Assembly (NCBI GenBank): GCA_017470605.1
Contig: JAFUYH010000006.1
Span: 8,078 to 72,077, forward strand
Origin: Treponema sp.
Lineage (GTDB): Bacteria; Spirochaetota; Spirochaetia; Treponematales; Treponemataceae
Length of the DNA stretch: 64,000 nucleotides
Direction: 5' to 3'
Positions 58,523 through 64,000 of this stretch are shown here, piece by piece. The position numbers and the translations under genes are program-made. The notes beneath the pieces were generated by a model, which ran no database searches, was not told the DNA's origin, and saw only the letters and a program-made list of their open reading frames with translations. Positions within the stretch are counted from its first letter, which is position 1. Each line of letters opens with the position of its first letter.

Positions 58523-60868
58523 ATGCCTAAGATCGAATGTAACGAAAAACTGTTTTTTGATGCTATCGGAAAAAAATACACTTATGATGCTCTGGAAGAT
58601 GTGCTTCCTTGCGCTAAGGCTGAGCTTGATGAAAAGCCAGATATGAGCTTGCCTGAAAACGAACGCGTTGTAAAAATTGAATTGAATGATACTAACCGCC
58701 CTGACCTCTGGTCTACTAACGGTGTTGCCCGCCAGATTAAGCTGCACGAGGGTGGAAAGACTGTTGACTATATGAAGCTGATGGCTAACCACGGCAACAA
58801 CGATTACGGCGACCGTATTGTTGAGGTTGACCCAAAGCTTAAGGATATCCGCCCTTACATGGTTGCTTTTATGATTACCGGTAAGGCAATTGATGATCCT
58901 ATGCTTAAGGACATTATCCAGACTCAAGAAAAGCTGGCATGGAACTTTGGCCGCAAGCGTAAGTCTATTTCTATGGGCCTTTACCGCGTTGACCAGATTA
59001 AATTCCCTGTAAAGTACCACGCTGTTGACCCGGACAAGACTTCGTTTGTGCCTTTGCAGTGCGACGCTCCAATGACCTGCCGCCAGATTCTTACTGACCA
59101 TCCTAAGGGAAAAGATTTCGGCTGGATTTTGGCTGATATGAAAAAGTTCCCTCTTTTGAGCGATGCTAAGAACGAAGTGCTTTCTATGGCACCGATTATC
59201 AATAGTGCAACTTTGGGCGCTGTTCAGGTTGGTGATAAGGACCTTATGGTTGAGCTCACAGGGGACAATATTGAAAACCTGATTTTGTCTGCTAACATCG
59301 TTGCCTGCGACTTTGCTGATCAGGGTTATGAAATTAAACCTATTCTTGTAAAGCATCCTTATGATACTGGCCTTGGAAAGGACATCATGGTTCCTTACTA
59401 CTTCCAGCCAACTACAAAGACAACTCTCGGCGCTGTAAACAAGCTGCTTGGTTCTGATTTTGATATTGAAAAGGTAAAAGATGCTCTCATCAGAATGGGT
59501 AGCACCGTGGTGGTTGAGCCTGTCGAAACCACCTCTGGTAAAGACTACTCTATCACACTCTCGCCAGCTCCTTACCGCAACGACTTCCTCCACGAAGTTG
59601 ATATTATTGAAGATGTTATGATTGGCTGTAACGTTGCCGCATTCGAGCCACGCACTCCACAGGACTTCACTGTTGGCCGCCTCCTGCCACTTACAGAGTT
59701 CAGCCGCAAGGCAAAGACTTTGATGGTTGGTCTCGGCTATCAGGAAATGATTTTCAACTATGTTGGTTCTAAGAAAGACTACATCGACAATATGCTGATT
59801 GACGGTTCTAAGGTTATTGAAATTGCAAACCCTATGAGCGAAAACTATCAGTTTATCCGTCCTGAGATTTTGTCTAGCCTTTGCCGTGCTGAGGCCGGTT
59901 CTGCCAACGCTATGTACCCTCACAAGATTTTTGAAATCGGTAAGGTTGCATATCTTAAGGAAGATGAAAACACCGGAACTATTACACGCCAGCACCTGGG
60001 CTTCCTGACTGCAAGTGCTAACGCTAACTTCAATACTTTGGCTTCGGAAGTTTCTTCACTTGTTTACTTCCTCGACCACGAGTACAAGGTTGTTGAAAGC
60101 GAAGATCCACGCTTTATTCCTGGCCGCCAGGCTCAGCTGATTGTTGATGGTCAGCCAGCAGGTGTATTTGGTGAAGTTCACCCTCAGGTTCTCGAGAACT
60201 GGGGAATTACAGTTCCTTGTGTTGCCGGCGAACTCGACCTGGAAACACTTATGGCTACTGCTGATACAAGGACTGATGCTGAAAAGGCAAAAGACAAGAA
60301 AGCAAATGCGGCCCCTGAGGCACTCGAAGGGGGCGCTGCAAACAATCAGAAATCAGAAGCAGAGACAAACCCTGTGAAATACTTCAACGAGCACATTGAG
60401 CTCCGCGTAGCAAAAATCACAAAGGTAGAAACAAACCCACAGGGCGACAAGCTCTATATCGAAACTTTGGATGATGGAACAGGCACAGAACGCATTATTC
60501 AGAGCGGTCTCCGCCCATACCTCACAGAAGAAGAACTCCTCGGCCAGCACGTAATCATCGCTGCTAACCTCGCTCCTCGTAAGATGAAGGGCGTAGAAAG
60601 CCGCGGAATGCTCCTTGCCTGCGATTACACAGAAGACGGCAAAGAAAAGGTTGAACTCCTCACTGCTCCATGGGCAGCTCCAGGAACAATCATCCAGCTC
60701 GAAGGTGCCGAATACACCGGCGAAAAGCCAGCCAAAATCGACATCGACCACTTCTGTAAGATTGAATACCGCATAAGCGGCAAATGCTTTACAATCGCAG
60801 GAAAGAAGGCAACTGCTGCCGGAAAGCCTGTTACAACAAACAAGGCTGATAACTGCGAAGTTTGCTAA
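58523..60868 (+). CDS. pheT: phenylalanine-tRNA ligase beta subunit, archaeal/eukaryal type, with added C-terminal Trbp111/EMAPII-like tRNA-binding OB domain
   Basis: YRNDFLHEVDIIEDV and NPMSENYQFIRPEILSSL. Lys/Ala-rich linker DAEKAKDKKANAAPE. OB domain VAKITKVETNPQGDKLYIETLDDGTGTERIIQSGL...NLAPRKMKGVESRGMLLA. Confidence 0.9.
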   Translation: MPKIECNEKLFFDAIGKKYTYDALEDVLPCAKAELDEKPDMSLPENERVVKIELNDTNRPDLWSTNGVARQIKLHEGGKTVDYMKLMANHGNNDYGDRIVEVDPKLKDIRPYMVAFMITGKAIDDPMLKDIIQTQEKLAWNFGRKRKSISMGLYRVDQIKFPVKYHAVDPDKTSFVPLQCDAPMTCRQILTDHPKGKDFGWILADMKKFPLLSDAKNEVLSMAPIINSATLGAVQVGDKDLMVELTGDNIENLILSANIVACDFADQGYEIKPILVKHPYDTGLGKDIMVPYYFQPTTKTTLGAVNKLLGSDFDIEKVKDALIRMGSTVVVEPVETTSGKDYSITLSPAPYRNDFLHEVDIIEDVMIGCNVAAFEPRTPQDFTVGRLLPLTEFSRKAKTLMVGLGYQEMIFNYVGSKKDYIDNMLIDGSKVIEIANPMSENYQFIRPEILSSLCRAEAGSANAMYPHKIFEIGKVAYLKEDENTGTITRQHLGFLTASANANFNTLASEVSSLVYFLDHEYKVVESEDPRFIPGRQAQLIVDGQPAGVFGEVHPQVLENWGITVPCVAGELDLETLMATADTRTDAEKAKDKKANAAPEALEGGAANNQKSEAETNPVKYFNEHIELRVAKITKVETNPQGDKLYIETLDDGTGTERIIQSGLRPYLTEEELLGQHVIIAANLAPRKMKGVESRGMLLACDYTEDGKEKVELLTAPWAAPGTIIQLEGAEYTGEKPAKIDIDHFCKIEYRISGKCFTIAGKKATAAGKPVTTNKADNCEVC
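59506..59533 (+). repeat. copy of the 18.2-kb hairpin element inside the pheT coding sequence
   Basis: CGTGGTGGTTGAGCCTGTCGAAACCACC matches 18202-18229 at 27 of 28 positions. It encodes VVVEPVETT in frame. Confidence 0.8.
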
Positions 60869-60911
60869 CATAAAATCAACGTCATCCCGAACTTGTTTCG
60901 AGATTTATATG

Positions 60912-60949
60912 AAAGACCGCCTGAGAATTCCTCATCCGGTCTTTTTTTA
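60912..60949 (+). terminator. rho-independent terminator after the present pheT end
   Basis: AAAGACCG-17 nt-CGGTCTTT followed by a T run. Confidence 0.7.
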
Positions 60950-60991
60950 TAAATAGACATATTTTATAATCAAAAACAAAAGGAGGTCTTT

Positions 60992-61240
60992 ATGCCACAG
61001 GAAGATTATTCGAAATTACTAAATACAATTTTAGCTCTTTCTTTTGAACAACGCTTAAATTTGCTTTCTGTTGTAGCAGAGTCATTACAAGATAATGTTC
61101 CCACACCTCCAGATATGTCCGTTTCTTCAATTGCCGAATTAAACCAAAAAATAGATGAAGGTCTTTCAGATATAAAAGCCGGAAGAATTATTCCAGCTGA
61201 GGTGGTTAATCAACAACTTCATGAAAGATACGGAATATGA
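60992..61240 (+). CDS. type II antitoxin-like protein (addiction-module component)
   Basis: The N-terminal LSFEQRLNLLSVVAESL pattern is typical of unstable-antitoxin components. C-terminal KIDEGLSDIKAGRIIPAEVV. AAGGAGG RBS. The stop TGA overlaps the ATG of a toxin-like stub. Confidence 0.5.
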   Translation: MPQEDYSKLLNTILALSFEQRLNLLSVVAESLQDNVPTPPDMSVSSIAELNQKIDEGLSDIKAGRIIPAEVVNQQLHERYGI

Positions 61241-61281
61241 ATAATTTCAAAGTATTCTACTCAAAAAAAAACAAAAGCCAC
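61237..61281 (+). pseudogene. truncated RelE/ParE-like toxin gene (only ~11 codons of native sequence)
   Basis: The ATGA overlap with the antitoxin stop opens MNNFKVFYSKK, a typical RelE/ParE start. The reading frame then runs into the pheT-like fragment out of frame. Confidence 0.4.
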
Positions 61282-61354
61282 AAAGCCAGCCAAAATCGAC
61301 AACGACCACTTCTGCAAAATCGAATACAGCGTGTCGGGCAAGTGCTTCACAATC
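61282..61354 (+). repeat. diverged duplicate of pheT nucleotides 60724-60796 (att-like core)
   Basis: Hand alignment gives 61 of 73 identical, most differences at third codon positions. In the pheT frame it reads KPAKIDNDHFCKIEYSVSGKCFTI then TAA. Confidence 0.8.
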
Positions 61355-61370
61355 TAACCTTGTAAATTTA

Positions 61371-61422
61371 AAAGTGAAACAGCCAATTCTGCTTTTACGT
61401 AGAATTGACTGTTTCACTTTTA
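61371..61422. terminator. long stem-loop (about 20 bp), bidirectional terminator candidate
   Basis: AAAGTGAAACAGCCAATTCT-10 nt-AGAATTGACTGTTTCACTTT with one mismatch. It lies between the pheT-like fragment and the convergent AT-rich genes. Confidence 0.7.
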
Positions 61423-61442
61423 TAAAGAGATTTCAATACTAT

Positions 61443-61715
61443 TTATGCTTTTTGAAAATTGGTTTTGTATTTTACTTCTTGTATAGTTCCCACCGATGAA
61501 TGCATTTCACATAAAGGGGCAATGTAGTTTAACTTATCAATTATTTTTCCTGCATTATCACATTTATTTACTATGAAAAATTTTGTGGTATCTTTTGAGC
61601 AGTTTAAGCAACAACACTCCATATTCTCAGGAATTGCTTTTTCAGATTCCCTTATAACTTTTACACATCTTGGTTTAACACCAGCAAGATATCTAAGTTT
61701 GTCTAAAATATTCAT
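61443..61715 (-). CDS. hypothetical Cys-rich 90-aa protein
   Basis: AAGGAG RBS 8 nt upstream. Cys pattern ECCCLNC...KCDN...LCEMH. AT-rich. 34 nt downstream of the large ORF. Confidence 0.55.
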   Translation of the reverse strand: MNILDKLRYLAGVKPRCVKVIRESEKAIPENMECCCLNCSKDTTKFFIVNKCDNAGKIIDKLNYIAPLCEMHSSVGTIQEVKYKTNFQKA

Positions 61716-61749
61716 AATTGAATCTCCTTTATTTTAACTAATAAAATTA

Positions 61750-64000
61750 TTATATTTTGTTATACATTATTCCATCTACAATAAAAACTATAAGACTAAT
61801 CAAAATTGAAATAAGTGTACCAGCAACAGGATGCCCTATATTTAAACCAATTTTCAATCCACCAGCAATAATAGCAGGAATTATCCATATATAAAAAAAA
61901 TAAATTATTGGTGCTAAGGAAGCAAGAGGACCATGCCAATCTTGAGACTCTTTCATTTTATCTTTAGCAAGAGAGAAAATAGTTCCAATTAATGAAGCAC
62001 ATAATGAACCAAAAATTACATATCCACACTTTTGTAATAAAATTCCTCCCAATTTTACAAGAGGAATTGAAAAAATAATTCCTATAAGAATAATTAAAGC
62101 TAATATGCACTTCTTTTTTCTTTCTCGTTTTAACCATAACCTATTCTTTTCTAAAGATTCTTGTAATCTTTTATCAAACTCTATATTTTTTGCTTTATCT
62201 TCTTGTTTTTTCTCTTCCTGGAGTCGCTTTTCTTCTTGTTTTTGCCTTTCTTCCAATAAAGGACGCTCTTTTATTTCCTGTAAATCTTTTTTTAAAACAA
62301 TTCCACTTTGATAAACAACCATACGCTTTGTCGGCTCCAAACAAAGAATTGTATTATTATCTATCTTCCAATTAATTTTTCTTTCTATTCCTTCATATAT
62401 TTCTTCATTAAAAAATGCCTCCTCATCTATTAAATCTTCATTCCAAAGTCCATACCCTTTTGCTTGTGAATAGCGATACTCTGATTTATGGACACTATCG
62501 ATTAATATGACTTTCCCCGTTTCACCATATTTTGATTGAAGGAAAGTATAAGATAGAGTTGGAAGATATAGAGATTCATTACGATTTGAAGAATATTTAT
62601 CAAAATCTTTAACCGTTTCTAACTGCTCTTCTTTATTAAAACCATTCTCGCTTAAATGATCATATATTATATTAATTAAAATCTGATTTTTATAAACCTT
62701 TCTTGATAAGTATAGTCTCACTGGATTATAACTATCTTCGATTCCATCATAGGCAGTAAAATGATAAGGCGACATTTGATGTTCTCGTATATCGTCTTTT
62801 ACCATATCAATTAAACAGTCTGTTTCTTCCCAATTCTCAGGATGCAAATAGATAGCTTTAGTCAGTCTAGTTTCCAATTTATTTTCAAAATAATATCCCT
62901 CAAGTTTATATCCACTTTTTGATATAATATATCTACCATCACTGTCTCTTATATAATCTTTACATATTTTGTTTTCATAAACCTGTATATCCATAGGATG
63001 TTTAGATTTCTTTATTACCTCGAATTCTTTACCGAAAGCTTCATATCCCGCTCGAATATCCAAATATGGACTTTCAGAAGCTATTAGCTCTTCACATTTT
63101 ACAATCAATTTTTTAATGCTCTCACAATATTCACCGCCTATCAATTCGTAGTCATTTGAAAATTCTGTAAGAAGTTCTTTTGTTTTTTGCTGACATTCAT
63201 CTCTAAGATTTTTGATAAGTGATACAATATTATCCTCAATACTCTTAAAATCTGAATCTCCTAATGCCTTAATTGAATAAAGGCCATCTGCTCTAATAAC
63301 CTCTTCTAAAATAGAAATAGCTTTCTCATTTTGATTTAACAGAGTAAGGGCTCTGGCCTGATTATAAGCAGATTCCAGCATTGCAGAAGACAAAGCATAA
63401 CTTTTTGCATTTGCTTTTACAGAAGCTTCCAGATATTTTGTTACATCATCGATATTATTTGCCAAACGGCTTTCATTTGAAAGAATATAATTTGCATATC
63501 CGACATAAAAATAGAATTCGGCAGCCATCTTTTTTGCTTCTTCCGATTCATCAATATCTGGTGTTATATATTTACAAGCGTTAATAAATGATTCAAGTGC
63601 CTTTTGAACATCAACTACATTGCTGAATTCACTCATTCCAAAAAGATAAATCTTTCCCATTAAAGCCCAAGATAAATAGTCTGTTTTATTTTTTTCAACA
63701 GCCTGTGTTATATCTTCTAAAGCTTCCTCATAAAACTGTTTTTGAGCATTGGCTTGTGCTCTTCTAAAAAGTTCTCGGCTTGCAGTTAAAAGAGGATTGT
63801 TTACAATATCATGAATGGCATCAAGTTTTTCACAAATTTCAGTTCCCCAAGTATTCACAGTCTTCTGGAGTCTGTCAAATCCTGCAGACATACTTGCACT
63901 CATGCTTCCAATTGCATTCTGAACTCCACCAAATCCAAGATCAAGCGTATTATTAAGTTCATTAAATCCTTCATTAAAAGAATTTGCAAGGAGTGTACTT
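61750..64000 (-). CDS. large hypothetical protein: helical TPR-like N-terminal region, unknown middle domain, Lys/Glu coiled coil, four C-terminal TM helices; probably extends beyond the window
   Basis: The track gives 61750-63903 (717 aa). The same frame is open from 63904 to 64000 (...NSFNEGFNELNNTLDLGFGGVQNAIGS) with no RBS before ATG 63903. Coiled coil EERQKQEEKRLQEEKKQEDKAKN. TM helices ILALIILIGIIFSIPLV, YVIFGSLCASLIGTIFSL, LAPIIYFFYIWIIPAIIAGGL, GTLISILISLIVFIVDGI. Confidence 0.6.
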   Translation of the reverse strand, partial: STLLANSFNEGFNELNNTLDLGFGGVQNAIGSMSASMSAGFDRLQKTVNTWGTEICEKLDAIHDIVNNPLLTASRELFRRAQANAQKQFYEEALEDITQAVEKNKTDYLSWALMGKIYLFGMSEFSNVVDVQKALESFINACKYITPDIDESEEAKKMAAEFYFYVGYANYILSNESRLANNIDDVTKYLEASVKANAKSYALSSAMLESAYNQARALTLLNQNEKAISILEEVIRADGLYSIKALGDSDFKSIEDNIVSLIKNLRDECQQKTKELLTEFSNDYELIGGEYCESIKKLIVKCEELIASESPYLDIRAGYEAFGKEFEVIKKSKHPMDIQVYENKICKDYIRDSDGRYIISKSGYKLEGYYFENKLETRLTKAIYLHPENWEETDCLIDMVKDDIREHQMSPYHFTAYDGIEDSYNPVRLYLSRKVYKNQILINIIYDHLSENGFNKEEQLETVKDFDKYSSNRNESLYLPTLSYTFLQSKYGETGKVILIDSVHKSEYRYSQAKGYGLWNEDLIDEEAFFNEEIYEGIERKINWKIDNNTILCLEPTKRMVVYQSGIVLKKDLQEIKERPLLEERQKQEEKRLQEEKKQEDKAKNIEFDKRLQESLEKNRLWLKRERKKKCILALIILIGIIFSIPLVKLGGILLQKCGYVIFGSLCASLIGTIFSLAKDKMKESQDWHGPLASLAPIIYFFYIWIIPAIIAGGLKIGLNIGHPVAGTLISILISLIVFIVDGIMYNKI

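Noticed and set aside
58475-59995. 506-aa minus-strand ORF
   Set aside because: It lies entirely antisense to pheT, whose product shows clear family motifs. The antisense translation is Asn/Val/Arg/Leu-rich with no motif and no RBS, so it is most likely an artefact of codon bias.
60353-60871. 172-aa minus-strand ORF
   Set aside because: Antisense to the C-terminal OB domain of pheT. Cys/Phe-rich with no motif.
60881-60905. Imperfect hairpin TCCCGAA-cttg-TTCGAGA after pheT, weakly similar to 18273-18295
   Set aside because: It has only a 7-bp stem with a mismatch, and similarity to the other site is about 13 of 20. That is too weak to call a repeat family.

Overview
About 50 protein-coding genes from a bacterial chromosome. 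By eye I found no rRNA, tRNA, CRISPR array, transposase or integrase. The gene content fits a saccharolytic spirochaete of Treponema type, which I cannot verify without a database search. Supporting genes are an archaeal-type pheT, a TmpC/PnrA-like BMP lipoprotein with a nucleoside-type ABC transporter, trkAH, a PFK with a partly PPi-type signature, a cytoplasmic Fe-S chemoreceptor, and many lipobox proteins. Also present are GH10/GH31/GH5/GH26 hemicellulases next to an LplABC-type sugar ABC system. Signalling genes are dense: a hybrid histidine kinase with an HD-GYP/receiver protein, a propeller/Y_Y_Y class III cyclase with an orphan UrtA/AmiC-like binding protein, a LytS-type kinase with a SARP-like response regulator, and a hydrogenase-like MCP. 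Two patches are visibly AT-rich and look accessory. The first is 35.8-40.3 kb: an exported C11 protease and a propeller lipoprotein, divergent from a small helical protein and a membrane LuxR-type regulator, with a GGTCAT operator-like palindrome between them. The second is 61.4-64.0 kb: a large helical/coiled-coil protein ending in four membrane helices plus a Cys-rich 90-aa partner, running off the window. This second patch begins just after a diverged second copy of a 73-nt internal pheT segment. That copy brackets a toxin-antitoxin relic and looks like an att-like integration scar. I rate the 61.4-64 kb cassette as the best candidate for an undescribed (defence-like) system and the 35.8-40.3 kb module as second. 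Several ORF-track starts were shortened where a good RBS plus ATG lies downstream of an alternative-start extension. All motif calls come from reading the translations, not from searches.
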